From sequence record OX638288: a DNA stretch of 64,000 bases; one strand, given 5' to 3'. The notes beneath the pieces were generated by a model. The model made no database searches, was not told where the DNA came from, and saw nothing but the letters and a program-made list of their open reading frames with translations. The stretch is from Escherichia phage UP19. Shown piece by piece: positions 35,877-48,646 of this stretch. Position 1 is the first letter of the stretch. Every line of letters begins with the position of its first letter. The position numbers and the translations under genes are program-made.

Positions 35877-37436
35877 TTAAATTCCTTTAACGTAGACGCG
35901 TCTAAAGTAACCATTCAGACCAAGGCTATTAACAATGTCCGGCATGCCGTTCTGAATGCGCTTGGTCGGAGCCTGAGCAGCAGGGTCAGCAAACGGGTTA
36001 ATACCGATACCGTAACGAGTTTTGAAGCCCATTACCGGCTGGAAGTTCTTCGGATCGGAACCGCGCAGTGGGGTCAGTGCAACGTAAGGAGCGTAGTAGA
36101 TACCTGCGTCCATTTCGTTGGAACCTTTATAACCGATAGTGAAGTAATCAGCACGGGCATACTGGTCGATGTAAACGCGATATTTACCACCAAGAACACC
36201 GGCAAATACTGCTTTAGTGGTGTCAACGTTGAAACCTTGACCCAGACCCTGAGCGGCATAACTTACAGAAGTATCAACTGCAGCCAGTACGTTAACTACG
36301 TTACGGGAAGCGATGATGAAGTTACCAGCACCACGACCGGTCTGACGAGCGATTTCGGCTGCTTCTTTATCAATCTGGAACAGAAGGGCTTTAAAGCTCT
36401 CACCGGCCCAACGAGCACCACGGATATCAATCGGGTCCTGGAAGTCAAACACACCAGCTTTAGCGCCAACGGTGTTGGTCATACCGGATTTACCAACCTG
36501 TGCAGAGTAGTTAATCCAATCGATAACTTCACGGTTGATTTCCAGCATAATTTCGGTAGCCAGAATACCACTCAATTCAGCATCTGCATCCATACCGTGT
36601 ACTGCACGAAGGTCCTGTGCCAGTTCGATGGAGTAGCTTGCTTTCAGCTGACGGGATTTAGCTTCGATAACTTGTTTATCGATACGGAAGCCCATTTCGT
36701 TCCACGGGTTATCAGTAGAACCGTTGAAGCCTTCCTGAAGTTCAGCGATAGAAGTAGCCATACCTTCAGCCAATTCAGCCAGCTGACCAGCTTCTAACAG
36801 AGCGGTTACGGCAACATCCAGTTTAGCGGCATCGGTAGCAGCGGCATCAACGGTTACGGCTTCAACAGCCTGGAAGTGTGCAGAACCGGTAGCTTCGAAG
36901 AAGTGAGAATAAATTTTACCAACTTCCAGAACTTTACCTGCAGCCAGTGCTTCAAAAGTCTGAGCAGCACCCTGACCAGAGAACATAGCATTCGGAGCAT
37001 ACATCGGGTGGAAAGCTTCTTTAGCACCAGCAGCGATAGGGTCTTTACCGTATACTGCACGCAGTGCAAATACCTGGCCGGTAGGGTTATTCAGAGGCTG
37101 AACACCACAAATATCAAAAGCAATCAGATGAGGAATAGCACGACGAACCATACCCATTACTGCCGGCCCAATCTGAGTTACAGCACCAGAGGTCTGGCCA
37201 GCTGCGATATTGGTAGCATCATAACCGTGGTCACCACCGATTTCAGCTTCAGTCAGGAAAGAACCAAATGCTTCGGAGATTTTTTCGTCACGATATTCAG
37301 GAGCGGTCAGAATATCTTGTTCCTGGTTTTCAAAGATTTTAGCGATGATAGCTTGTTTAGAAGCACCAACGATTTCAGGAAGAGCTTCGTTTTCCAGCAG
37401 AGCGGACCATTTTTGAACTAATGCATTCTTTTTCAT
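35877..37436 (-). CDS. 23: major capsid protein gp23
   Basis: 519 aa (T4 gp23 is 521 aa); gene order 22-23-segD-24. Confidence 0.95.
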   Translation of the reverse strand: MKKNALVQKWSALLENEALPEIVGASKQAIIAKIFENQEQDILTAPEYRDEKISEAFGSFLTEAEIGGDHGYDATNIAAGQTSGAVTQIGPAVMGMVRRAIPHLIAFDICGVQPLNNPTGQVFALRAVYGKDPIAAGAKEAFHPMYAPNAMFSGQGAAQTFEALAAGKVLEVGKIYSHFFEATGSAHFQAVEAVTVDAAATDAAKLDVAVTALLEAGQLAELAEGMATSIAELQEGFNGSTDNPWNEMGFRIDKQVIEAKSRQLKASYSIELAQDLRAVHGMDADAELSGILATEIMLEINREVIDWINYSAQVGKSGMTNTVGAKAGVFDFQDPIDIRGARWAGESFKALLFQIDKEAAEIARQTGRGAGNFIIASRNVVNVLAAVDTSVSYAAQGLGQGFNVDTTKAVFAGVLGGKYRVYIDQYARADYFTIGYKGSNEMDAGIYYAPYVALTPLRGSDPKNFQPVMGFKTRYGIGINPFADPAAQAPTKRIQNGMPDIVNSLGLNGYFRRVYVKGI

Positions 37437-37457
37437 GTGTTGTATAACCTTATTAAA

Positions 37458-38273
37458 TTAAGAAATTCGTGATGCTGCGATTGCAGACAGGTCCGCGAAG
37501 GACAGGGTAGGCTTAGCGCCTTTTTCTTCAACTGCTTCCGAAATATAATTCAGTGCTGCAGCATCGTCTTCAGTTTTATTTATAGCGGCTTCGGTGATTG
37601 GTTTTTCAACGTCAGTCTGGCCTTTAACCATTTCAACGATAGCGCCAATTTTTTTACCAAATGCATCGGAATAATCCATGCCTTCTACCAGAGAACTAAC
37701 TTTTTCTTTCTGAGATTCAGTCAGGTCTTTAGTTGCTTCCATAACAGCTTGTTCACGCTGTACGTAATTAATATATGCGTCACGCTTGCCAACTTCTTCG
37801 AACAAACGAGCGGTTTCGGCTTTCTGTTCAGCCAATTCTTCTTCCATTTCAGAAACAACGTCTACTGCTTCTTCTGGAACAACCACGTTATGTTCAACAA
37901 ACAGTTCTTTCATACCCATCAACATGGATTCGAACAGTTCGGCTTTAATACCTTTATCAACAGCCAGCTGGTTTTCAGCCATCCATTCTTTAGCGACGTG
38001 GTCAAGGAAACGACCAGCAGCTTCTTGGATTTTCTTATCAGCTTTTTCTTCAGCTTCTTCTTTATTTTTCTCAACTTCTTCTTCCGCTTTTTCAGCGATT
38101 TTAGCGATGTGAGATTCCGCCAGTTTAACGGCGTGTTGCTTGACGGTAGCTTCGAATACAGTGCCGAAAGTTTCTTTTGCTTCCGGAGAAATATTAACTG
38201 ATTCGAAAATACTGTCAAGAGCAACGGAAGCATCAATATTCTGTGCTTCGGCGATCAGTTGTTCTTTAAGCAT
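37458..38273 (-). CDS. 22: prohead core scaffold protein gp22
   Basis: 271 aa (T4 gp22 is 269 aa); highly charged, Glu/Lys/Ala-rich helical protein. Confidence 0.9.
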   Translation of the reverse strand: MLKEQLIAEAQNIDASVALDSIFESVNISPEAKETFGTVFEATVKQHAVKLAESHIAKIAEKAEEEVEKNKEEAEEKADKKIQEAAGRFLDHVAKEWMAENQLAVDKGIKAELFESMLMGMKELFVEHNVVVPEEAVDVVSEMEEELAEQKAETARLFEEVGKRDAYINYVQREQAVMEATKDLTESQKEKVSSLVEGMDYSDAFGKKIGAIVEMVKGQTDVEKPITEAAINKTEDDAAALNYISEAVEEKGAKPTLSFADLSAIAASRIS

Positions 38274-38300
38274 TTTGTAGTCCTGTTGTTTAGATAATAA

Positions 38301-38308
38301 TATTTATA
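38301..38308 (-). promoter_or_regulatory. late promoter TATAAATA (minus strand) for gene 22, overlapping gene 21 stop
   Basis: Plus-strand TATTTATA 28 nt upstream of gene 22 ATG. Confidence 0.6.
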
Positions 38309-38939
38309 ACGCTTTTTTCATGGCCTCTGCGAGAGCCATAAAGGCGTCATCGGCACTGGTATCGGTATCTACCGTTTGTGATTCTGTAATTTGTTTAGGA
38401 GTTACATAAGCATCAGGAGCAGATGGACCCCATACTGCATCAACACCGACGGTTAATTTATAACCTTCGTTTACACGCTTATATCCTTTATTGGTTTCGG
38501 TTAAAGAACCTAGACCACGAGAACTAACACCAGGCACCCAACCGGCTCTAATATTAGCAGCTAGTTTATCACCAGGACCATGGTCGCCTTCAATAATACG
38601 AGCACGTCCATAAACGTCATTACCTTTCCACCACATATCTTCAATAATAATAGCGGCTTGCATAGGGTCGACGTTAGCGCGAGGCGGATGATTTAATTCT
38701 CCTAAAGCTTGTTTAGTAGCAACCTGTTCTGCCATATAATCAGCAACAGCTTTTTCCAAAATAGGTTTTGGATAAAGGCGTTTATTACGGTTAACCACTT
38801 CGGCTTGCATGAATATGCCTTCTATATAAAGGCCCGGGGCAAGTCCAGAATCTTTTCCATCATGAGATTCCAACATCGGAACCCCATCGATAATTTCACC
38901 TGGTTGTCCCCAATGTTCGATGAGCAATTCAGGTTTCAT
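38304..38939 (-). CDS. 21: prohead core protease gp21
   Basis: 211 aa (T4 gp21 is 212 aa); gene order. Confidence 0.9.
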   Translation of the reverse strand: MKPELLIEHWGQPGEIIDGVPMLESHDGKDSGLAPGLYIEGIFMQAEVVNRNKRLYPKPILEKAVADYMAEQVATKQALGELNHPPRANVDPMQAAIIIEDMWWKGNDVYGRARIIEGDHGPGDKLAANIRAGWVPGVSSRGLGSLTETNKGYKRVNEGYKLTVGVDAVWGPSAPDAYVTPKQITESQTVDTDTSADDAFMALAEAMKKAL

Positions 38940-39367
38940 TAGTTAAGTCCAAAGGCTTTACGTTTAGAACGAGCTTTCTTACGCTTACGTTCGGCACGTA
39001 CTTGAATAGATGGATTAGCACGTTTGGTTTTAGATGCTTTGCGAGCAATCTGACGGCGTTTTGCTTTAGACAACCCGGTCGTTTGATAAGCGTTGCGTTG
39101 ACGGGTTTTAATATCTTTAGTACGAGTAAGCTCACCTTTAGAAGAGACGTGCTTAACGATAAATTCGTTAAGAGCCATATTTTCATTCAAAGAGGCGATG
39201 GCAATAGCTGTATCGATATCGCCATCAGCAATCATGTTCTCTACAAGATTATTTATATCGCTTTTCTCGAGGGCTTCAGAAAGAGTAGCAAAACGTCCCT
39301 GTGCTTCTGGAATTTTGGCCTCTACGCTTTCTAGAGTTAATTCGTAATCATCAGGGATAAGGAACAT
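38939..39367 (-). CDS. 68: prohead core protein gp68
   Basis: 142 aa (T4 gp68 is 141 aa); gene order. Confidence 0.8.
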   Translation of the reverse strand: MFLIPDDYELTLESVEAKIPEAQGRFATLSEALEKSDINNLVENMIADGDIDTAIAIASLNENMALNEFIVKHVSSKGELTRTKDIKTRQRNAYQTTGLSKAKRRQIARKASKTKRANPSIQVRAERKRKKARSKRKAFGLN

Positions 39368-39642
39368 TATTCGTCGTCCTCGTCGTCTTCATCATCGTCA
39401 TCACCTTCATCCGCATCGTCAGATTCTTTTTTGTCTTTCTTATCTGCTTTATCGGATTTTTCGTCTTTATCTTCGTCTTCGTCATCTTCGTCGGCTTCTT
39501 CGCCTTCAATCATAACGGAGCGAGCAATTTCTGCTTTACGGGCTTCAATCAAAGCGGCTACTCGAGATTCGATAAGCGGGGCTGCTGCTTTACGAACTGC
39601 TACGAGGTCGTTTGATTTAATAGCTTCGATTAAATCTTCCAT
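39367..39642 (-). CDS. 67: prohead core protein gp67 with poly-acidic C-terminal tail
   Basis: 91 aa; position between genes 20 and 68; C-terminal 40 aa almost entirely Asp/Glu/Lys. Confidence 0.75.
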   Translation of the reverse strand: MEDLIEAIKSNDLVAVRKAAAPLIESRVAALIEARKAEIARSVMIEGEEADEDDEDEDKDEKSDKADKKDKKESDDADEGDDDDEDDEDDE

Positions 39643-41216
39643 TAGAAATCCTCTTCTTCATCATCTGGGTTTTGGAAACGAGCCTCTTTAGACTCTTCTT
39701 CAATTTGCTTAGCTTCTTGATTAATTTCTTCGTCAGTCATCTGAAGGAAATCTTTCATAGCCGTTTGATGCGAAATATACTTACCAATAAATGGTTCAGC
39801 CATCGTTAGCATATTGATTCTGCGTTCCATGATTTCCGCATCTTTCATTTCACTGAAATAGCTATCACGGTTGAACGTAACTTTAATATTATTTATTTCT
39901 CTTTCCCACTCATCTTCTGTAATAATCTTTTTAAGAATGAGGTTTGTTTTTAATGGGTCTAAGAAAATTTCTTCAAATTTATTTTGGAGCTGTCGAATCC
40001 ATTTAGCAAATTTCAACTCATCACGAGTTATAGCCGTACCAGCATCAAACATAACACCGGAATTAGATTCACTAGGGATACGTGACTCCGGGATACGCAG
40101 CGCACGATAAAGTGCTGTGCGGAAATAAAGAACGTCATCCATATCACTCATACCTGTGGCACCAGGCATGGTATCAACTTCTGTTACCGCTTTACCGTCT
40201 CGACGTTGCAACCAATAGTCTTCAGTCATCGACATATTATGTTGCTGGTTTTTAATTTTACCGGTCGAAGCATCATATACCACACGGTTTTTCATCGTGT
40301 TCATGATATGTTGCATTTGTGCCGCAGCCTTACGAGAAGGCATATTTCCTGTATCGATATAAAATACACGACGGTCAGGAGCACGGGTAATACGATAGAT
40401 GACCATTGCATCTTCCATCAATTTAAGCTGGTTTGCAGGCTTAATAGCACGTTGCAAATAGCCAATGATGTTTTTACCACAGCAATCCAATAACCCAGAA
40501 TGTGCATAAACTACAGCAGCACGAGGAATTTTAACTTTAGTCCCAGCTGAATAAATGCGTCCATCAGCACAATAACTTTCATGACCAGTATCGTAAACGA
40601 AAAACTCGCGGTACCCATCTACAATTTTAACACCATCTTCCATACGTGTAACAATTTCACGAATGTATTGGACTTGGCGCGGGTCTAAGCGTCGAAGCTC
40701 TTGTACGCCATCTTTCATTTTTTTAGGGTTTATAATTTTATGAAAGAATATTCTCGAGTCTACATACCAACGTTGGAAATGGTCAGTGCCTTTACGTTGG
40801 AAATTTAAAAGATTCAAAACTTCACTAAATTCAGCCAAAATTTTATCTTTAATTGATTGACTGAACTCCGTCCCGTCTAAATTTAATGCAACTACTTCTT
40901 TATCATCCTCGTAGACAATAGCGTCAGACACAATTTCTTGAACTGCGTTATCGACTTCATAGTTGTTCATCAAATTACGGTAGGTATCAATGAGTTCCCT
41001 GGTGTTTTTAACTTCAGGCTCATTACTACCAAACATTTGTTGCATAAGAGCGTTATAAGGAATATTTTGCTCTTGGGTTTCAATTTCGCGAGCGCCATCA
41101 TCAAGCTTAGGTGCAGTGACAGACTCTAAATTGTTATTAATTTGTTGTTTATATTCTTTTTCGTCTTCATTAGCCCATGGCTTAAGAAAACTTAATATTG
41201 TATTAAAGTTTGCCAT
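39642..41216 (-). CDS. 20: portal vertex protein gp20
   Basis: 524 aa (T4 gp20 is 524 aa); gene order. Confidence 0.95.
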   Translation of the reverse strand: MANFNTILSFLKPWANEDEKEYKQQINNNLESVTAPKLDDGAREIETQEQNIPYNALMQQMFGSNEPEVKNTRELIDTYRNLMNNYEVDNAVQEIVSDAIVYEDDKEVVALNLDGTEFSQSIKDKILAEFSEVLNLLNFQRKGTDHFQRWYVDSRIFFHKIINPKKMKDGVQELRRLDPRQVQYIREIVTRMEDGVKIVDGYREFFVYDTGHESYCADGRIYSAGTKVKIPRAAVVYAHSGLLDCCGKNIIGYLQRAIKPANQLKLMEDAMVIYRITRAPDRRVFYIDTGNMPSRKAAAQMQHIMNTMKNRVVYDASTGKIKNQQHNMSMTEDYWLQRRDGKAVTEVDTMPGATGMSDMDDVLYFRTALYRALRIPESRIPSESNSGVMFDAGTAITRDELKFAKWIRQLQNKFEEIFLDPLKTNLILKKIITEDEWEREINNIKVTFNRDSYFSEMKDAEIMERRINMLTMAEPFIGKYISHQTAMKDFLQMTDEEINQEAKQIEEESKEARFQNPDDEEEDF

Positions 41217-41264
41217 TAGAGTCTCCGATGAATGGGATAAGGAGCCGAAGCTCCTTTATAATTC

Positions 41265-41272
41265 TATTTATA
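41265..41272 (-). promoter_or_regulatory. late promoter TATAAATA (minus strand) for gene 20, followed by a 5'-UTR hairpin (41239-41256)
   Basis: Plus-strand TATTTATA directly after gene 19 stop; hairpin AAGGAGC-CGAA-GCTCCTT lies in the leader. Confidence 0.55.
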
Positions 41273-41273
41273 C

Positions 41274-41765
41274 TCATTCCCACCAATCGATAGCGAACGT
41301 AGATTCGAAAGTTTCTACCTCGTTGTTTGAATCCCAATCCATCTGGACTTCACCAACGTTAGTAGGCCATAAGCCATAAATTGTAACTTCTTTAGTCACA
41401 GTCTTACCGTCACGATGGAACTGACGAACAACTGCTTGTTTCTTATATTCTGCAGGTGCTGCACCTGTAATTTCATTGGTCATACCATGGCAGAGGTTTT
41501 GCCAATCGACAATTGCCTGACGGGTGTCATGGGCATCATCGTTGTAAATGGTAATGGTCCAATCATCAAACGTACGGTCGCCAGCTACGTTAATTTTACG
41601 GTTCATGTAGCCAACCGGTACTTTTTCTACAATGCCTGCCGGCATAGGTGCTGCTTTACATTTAAAGCTAAAGTTTTTACCAAGAAATGGAATTTCCACT
41701 TCGAAAAGGTTAGGGCGTGCAAAGTCACCTGACTCAAACGCACGAGTGATATCTGTCAACTCCAT
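41274..41765 (-). CDS. 19: tail tube protein gp19
   Basis: 163 aa from ATG 41765 with SD GAGG (T4 gp19 is 163 aa); ..DITRAFESGDFARPNLFEVEI.. Confidence 0.9.
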   Translation of the reverse strand: MELTDITRAFESGDFARPNLFEVEIPFLGKNFSFKCKAAPMPAGIVEKVPVGYMNRKINVAGDRTFDDWTITIYNDDAHDTRQAIVDWQNLCHGMTNEITGAAPAEYKKQAVVRQFHRDGKTVTKEVTIYGLWPTNVGEVQMDWDSNNEVETFESTFAIDWWE

Positions 41766-41783
41766 GGGAGGCCTCATAAGTCA

Positions 41784-41825
41784 GTTCCTGGCCACACCAG
41801 GAACGTTCTGATTAATTTATTTATA
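41784..41825 (-). promoter_or_regulatory. late promoter TATAAATA (minus strand, plus coordinates 41818-41825) followed by 5'-UTR hairpin GTTCCTGG-CCACA-CCAGGAAC (41784-41804) upstream of gene 19
   Basis: Exact octamer; perfect 8-bp stem directly downstream in transcript orientation. Confidence 0.55.
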
Positions 41826-41972
41826 ACAGTTGATAAATCATATTCCTGATAGTTAATCACTCCCAGGCGCAATTCTACGTGATATACGCTGTAACCAAAC
41901 ACATGGTATAATGGTTTTAGGTTCTTTATATTACAGCCTGGGATAATAGATTATACTAATAATATAATTTAT

Positions 41973-42614
41973 TTAGGATAGTAAGTCCCATAAGTCTATT
42001 GAACTAGACTTACTTTTAGCTCTATTAGATTCCCAAGTGATTATTTCTAAATTTGATAGTTGGGCTATCATTTCAGGAGGAAGATGATTATAAAATCCGT
42101 AAGCTATAGAAACCTTATGGTCTAATTGATACGCACCTTCAACTCCACATCGCCCTATTTTATCCGCATTTTCCCAAGTCATCCAAATCTTTTTAAGTTT
42201 AGGAGACCTAGTCAAAGCATGGACCCTTCCTGCATAAAGGTCGAATTCCTTTCTATTACCTTTCCATCTAGAATGCCCTTCTCCAATTTGCCAAGGCCTT
42301 GGCTTACCTGCTTGGGTTTTAGAATTGGTCTTATTAGCTTGTTTTCTAGAACACTCAAAACAGTGATGCTTATCGGCCCTATTTAAAAGTTGAAGACTTC
42401 TAGTAAATTTTAATCCGCACTCATCACAAGAAGCTTCTACCTCTTTATTAGAGTTTTTAGGGACCAAATGTATAGGAACCTCTATTACATCAGAATAATT
42501 TACAAGATATCCCAATATTTGACTCCATCTTTTGCAGTTGTTTCTTGGATATACTGTAACAAATTTAGAAATAATCACTTTAGAAATCCTTGCGCGTATT
42601 GTGTATACGCGCAT
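41973..42614 (-). CDS. HNH endonuclease with N-terminal Cys4 zinc-finger-like motif
   Basis: 213 aa; ..CDECGLKF..HHCFECS..; HNH core ..GAYQLDHKVSIAYGFYNHLPPEMIAQLSNLEIITWESNRAK.. Confidence 0.8.
   Translation of the reverse strand: MRVYTIRARISKVIISKFVTVYPRNNCKRWSQILGYLVNYSDVIEVPIHLVPKNSNKEVEASCDECGLKFTRSLQLLNRADKHHCFECSRKQANKTNSKTQAGKPRPWQIGEGHSRWKGNRKEFDLYAGRVHALTRSPKLKKIWMTWENADKIGRCGVEGAYQLDHKVSIAYGFYNHLPPEMIAQLSNLEIITWESNRAKSKSSSIDLWDLLS
41973..42614 (-). mobile_element. free-standing HNH homing endonuclease gene inserted between tail sheath (18) and tail tube (19) genes
   Basis: Same ORF as above; non-structural gene interrupting a conserved late operon, with a 195-nt structured spacer downstream. 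Confidence 0.65.
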
Positions 42615-42642
42615 TATATTATAAAGCTTAGAGCAAGTAAAC

Positions 42643-44625
42643 TTAAACTAAAGGTCCAATCAACTCGTCAAAATCCGCACCGGTGGATGTAGCCACGAAA
42701 TTTAAAGTTATGTAATTTATCGATCTCGCAGGTTTAACATAGATATTAGCAATAAACTCATTACGGTCGATAACCGCAGGGGTGTTCACTGTAGTATCAC
42801 AAACCACACGTCCTTCATAAATCCCACCAAGTGCCTTAATACCATCTAAGTACTGAGAAACTTCCATACGGAAGCTTGAACGAGTGAAGTTATCGTTCAA
42901 TTCAAACAGTTTATATTTAGAGGCATCACCGATATTTTTCTTAAGCATGTTGAACAGACGGCGAACGTTAATGTGGTCCATCGGAGATGGAACTTTAGTT
43001 GCAGTCTTATCACCAAACAATACGAAACCATCACCACCAGCAAAACCAACAACTGGGTTAATAGCTTCCTGGTACATGCGGTCGCGTTGTGCTTGACGCG
43101 GTTCAATTGCCAATTTCAGAACGTTAAGAATCTGACCACGGTTATAACCGGCAGGAGACATCCAAGGCTGAGACACATCATCAGTACGTGCACACAAACC
43201 AGCCAAATCGGCAGCCAGTGGTACCCAACGGTTTACGTCGTTATATTTGTCGTATTGATATTTATAGTTACCATCAATAGCGGCATAAGTGGTACTGATG
43301 TTCATGTTGTTGGCATCGAAATTACCGGCACCGGTACGCCAGTCAATAAGGTTATCTACTGCACGAGTCAGTGGAACGTTAACCAACAGACCTTTAGGAG
43401 GAGAAATAAATGCTAAGCAATCCTGTCGTTCATCAGCAATACTCACAACGTGTTTCTGAACAGTAGAAGCCACTTCATCGCCTTCACCGGCAACAGCACC
43501 AGCAATAAGCAGGTTAATATGGAGTGCTTCACGGTCGGCAAACAAATCCCAACCCTGCATCAAATCGCCTGCAGTAACTTTATCGTTGGCGGAAATACCA
43601 CCAGACAGATTAATGATACCACTAAATCCTTTTGGCCAGTTTAACGAGGTAGCATAGATGTAATTAGAAGTACCTTTAGCGAAATAATCATCAAGATAAA
43701 TGTTATTACCGTAAACGTCTTTTTCACCTTCTTTGGTGGAAAGTACGACTGATTCTACGATAGCACCATCGCGACGAACGATAATGGCATATTGGTCATC
43801 TGTTTGAGGTCCGTAATTAAATACTGCCTTGACAATAGAAGCACGGGTACCGCCACCAGGATAAACATCCAACATTTTAGAAGAACCAGCTTCATAAGCT
43901 GCTTTAGAAACGATTTCTACTTCCAGAGTAGAACCAATTTCACCAGGATAAAGGGCCACTACGCCTGGCATAGCAAATTTCTTAAGGGCCGCTTGGAATT
44001 CAAGAGAAGTAATAGCTTCTTCACTATTCTCAGCTTCAGTCAAAAGAATACCGGAATCGGTAACAATTCGGCCGACGGTAATAGTACCGGAAACACCCGA
44101 AGAGGCAGAAGTAACTTCAGCAGTCCAAGCCGGGCCTAGGGTAGGATACTGGTTTAAAGAACGCGCGTAAGCAATAATTTTTGCTGACGGAATAAACACA
44201 GAGAGAATTTTACCGTCTGTATCTACAGAAGTCACACGACCTTCAGATTCGACTACAGTTTGGTTATATTTAATATTAATTTTATCGCCTACAGCGTAGT
44301 TGGAACCAGCCGTAGTAATAGTGGTTTCGATATTACCAGCGACAGGAGATGCGTTTTTAGCAAATTCGCGACTAACAACACGAACTGTACGAAGGTCATT
44401 ACCATACTGGAGGAAGTTCATACCAGACATAAAGTAATCTGCTACTTCGTTATTAGGACCTCCAAACAAATCAACCAGTTCAACTTCATTGGTAATCTGA
44501 GTTACCTGGAAAGCAGGGCCCCACTGGAATTTACCAACCAGCGCTGCACGACCCGTTGCGTTACGAACGACAGTACTCTGTACGGACGTTTCTTTGAGCT
44601 CAATGCCCGGTGATAATAAAGCCAT
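42643..44625 (-). CDS. 18: tail sheath protein gp18
   Basis: 660 aa (T4 gp18 is 659 aa); gene order. Confidence 0.95.
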   Translation of the reverse strand: MALLSPGIELKETSVQSTVVRNATGRAALVGKFQWGPAFQVTQITNEVELVDLFGGPNNEVADYFMSGMNFLQYGNDLRTVRVVSREFAKNASPVAGNIETTITTAGSNYAVGDKINIKYNQTVVESEGRVTSVDTDGKILSVFIPSAKIIAYARSLNQYPTLGPAWTAEVTSASSGVSGTITVGRIVTDSGILLTEAENSEEAITSLEFQAALKKFAMPGVVALYPGEIGSTLEVEIVSKAAYEAGSSKMLDVYPGGGTRASIVKAVFNYGPQTDDQYAIIVRRDGAIVESVVLSTKEGEKDVYGNNIYLDDYFAKGTSNYIYATSLNWPKGFSGIINLSGGISANDKVTAGDLMQGWDLFADREALHINLLIAGAVAGEGDEVASTVQKHVVSIADERQDCLAFISPPKGLLVNVPLTRAVDNLIDWRTGAGNFDANNMNISTTYAAIDGNYKYQYDKYNDVNRWVPLAADLAGLCARTDDVSQPWMSPAGYNRGQILNVLKLAIEPRQAQRDRMYQEAINPVVGFAGGDGFVLFGDKTATKVPSPMDHINVRRLFNMLKKNIGDASKYKLFELNDNFTRSSFRMEVSQYLDGIKALGGIYEGRVVCDTTVNTPAVIDRNEFIANIYVKPARSINYITLNFVATSTGADFDELIGPLV

Positions 44626-44654
44626 TTTGAATCCTCTTGGTTATGCTTTATTGT

Positions 44655-46964
<2,310 letters not shown>

Positions 46965-46968
<4 letters not shown>

Positions 46969-47831
46969 GGGTTTCTCCTTGGTGCTGGAGGTTCTGGTTC
47001 AACAGGCACCGGAATATCTTGTGAATACGTTTGAATGGACTTGCCGTCCCATTCTTTTTCTTCTACACCTCTAGGAACTACTTCGCTATCAACCGATTCA
47101 AAATTACCTTCAGGAGCGAGTTCTTTAGAGTTGGCAAAGAAATCAAGATAAATGGTTTTGATTTCGCCTTCCATTTCTTTAACAGGAGGATATAGCCATC
47201 CATTAACCTCAAACATCATAGACCATTCTAAGCGACGACGTGAAGTGGTATCGCCTTCTAATTGTTCGTCCATTGCTATAGATTGGAACACAATACGAAT
47301 ATCACGGTCAAATTTAATTTCGTTTGTATAGAGTTCGGTAATTGTTGTATTAAAGTGAGGTTGGAAATACGGCATAATTTGTTCCACAATCTGGAACATA
47401 TCATCTTGAGTTCTAGTGTAAATACCCAGTTCAAAAATCATTTTTACTGGAGTAGGAGAATATTGGCTGACTCGTTTACGAGGGTCTCCATTCTCAAATT
47501 GAATTTGTGTTCTATTTTGAAGAGCTGTTTTGTATTGTGAGTTATAAAGCATGTCAACCATTTGGAGGTTCATACGTGGAAGAACAGTTTCCACCTTAGC
47601 TTTTTGTTCAGCCCTTTCTTTTGGCGTCATATTAGGATTTGGGATATTCTGTACTGCCGTCCATTTGCCTAAGTTAGCCATAAATCTTTCTTTAGAAGCA
47701 TACGTAATAGGAACCTTAATAAATTTAAGCCCTGTATCTTCTCTTTGACGTGCTACTTGAACATGGGAAAATAAATCACCCATCAAAACAATATAGCGAC
47801 GTAGCGAACTATTATACCAATGTCCAAACAT
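46965..47831 (-). CDS. 15: tail sheath stabiliser / tail completion protein gp15
   Basis: 288 aa from ATG 47831 with SD AGGAGG (T4 gp15 is 272 aa). Confidence 0.85.
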
Positions 47832-47845
47832 CAAACCTCCTAAAA

Positions 47846-47862
47846 TGGCGCGGGATGCGCCA
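47846..47862 (-). terminator. stem-loop TGGCGC-GGGAT-GCGCCA + TTTTA between genes 14 and 15 (minus strand)
   Basis: 6-bp GC stem followed by U-rich tract in transcript orientation. Confidence 0.45.
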
Positions 47863-47870
47863 TGTATTAT

Positions 47871-48644
47871 TTAATCATCTAAAAAAGCATCATCAAATGC
47901 TGTAGGAGGAGCATCTTCTCCTCTACCGTTAATCACTACATAAGGGTGTACGAATTCCGCCGCTTCAGCATTAATCTCATTAACCTCTTCATATTGGATA
48001 TCAGAGATATCAGCCAACCCATCAATATTCTTAACAGGCATTAAATCAAGCTCACTGAATTCAGGAATATTAATGCCTTCATTTCTCTGTAATTCAGGAC
48101 GAAGTTCTTCACCATTATAAATGAACTTGGTAGCAGTAATGCGACGCTGGACGTTTGTACCGACTTGATAGAATGGGTCATAAGGTTGCACCCAATTAAT
48201 TTCAAATAGACTGTTGTCCATTGGGAAATAAATCAAATCACCTGAAACAGGTTCAGTACCGTTGCATTGATGTTTAAAAAGGTTAGGGTTAATTGTGATT
48301 GTTACTTCATCATTAACCATCATACCGAACTTACTGAAATAAGTATTGTCACCGGAATAACCTTCAAAGGAATCCAAATAACCCGCAAACTTCCAGGCTT
48401 TAGTAAATTTGTTCTGAAGGTCTTCGCCAAATAGCTGGTCAGGATTAACGTATTCGCGTGGTATATAATAAAGCTCGATACCACGCATTTGAATAGACTC
48501 AGCAACTAAAGCATCAGCCAATGTTTGAGTGTTCTCATGGCGATAAAAGTTGACGAAAGGGTTCATTATTTCAGTTTCGTTCGTGTTAGCATAGCCGGTG
48601 TTATTTTCCAGCTTAGCAAATAAACTCGAATCGAAAGTAGCCAT
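47871..48644 (-). CDS. 14: neck protein gp14
   Basis: 257 aa (T4 gp14 is 256 aa). Confidence 0.9.
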   Translation of the reverse strand: MATFDSSLFAKLENNTGYANTNETEIMNPFVNFYRHENTQTLADALVAESIQMRGIELYYIPREYVNPDQLFGEDLQNKFTKAWKFAGYLDSFEGYSGDNTYFSKFGMMVNDEVTITINPNLFKHQCNGTEPVSGDLIYFPMDNSLFEINWVQPYDPFYQVGTNVQRRITATKFIYNGEELRPELQRNEGINIPEFSELDLMPVKNIDGLADISDIQYEEVNEINAEAAEFVHPYVVINGRGEDAPPTAFDDAFLDD

Positions 48645-48646
48645 AA

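Noticed and set aside
35856-36797. 313-aa plus-strand ORF antisense to gene 23
   Set aside because: Embedded in the major capsid protein gene; explained by strong codon bias of gene 23 suppressing stops on the complementary strand
37578-37585. TATTTATA inside gene 22 as the gene 23 late promoter
   Set aside because: Exact octamer, but it lies 142 nt upstream of the gene 23 start inside coding sequence; plausible but not reported as a feature without transcript evidence
41904-41912. Extended -10-like TGGTATAAT on the plus strand in the gene 18/19 spacer
   Set aside because: No plus-strand gene downstream; would drive antisense transcription into the HNH gene; treated as chance A/T-rich match or part of the structured spacer
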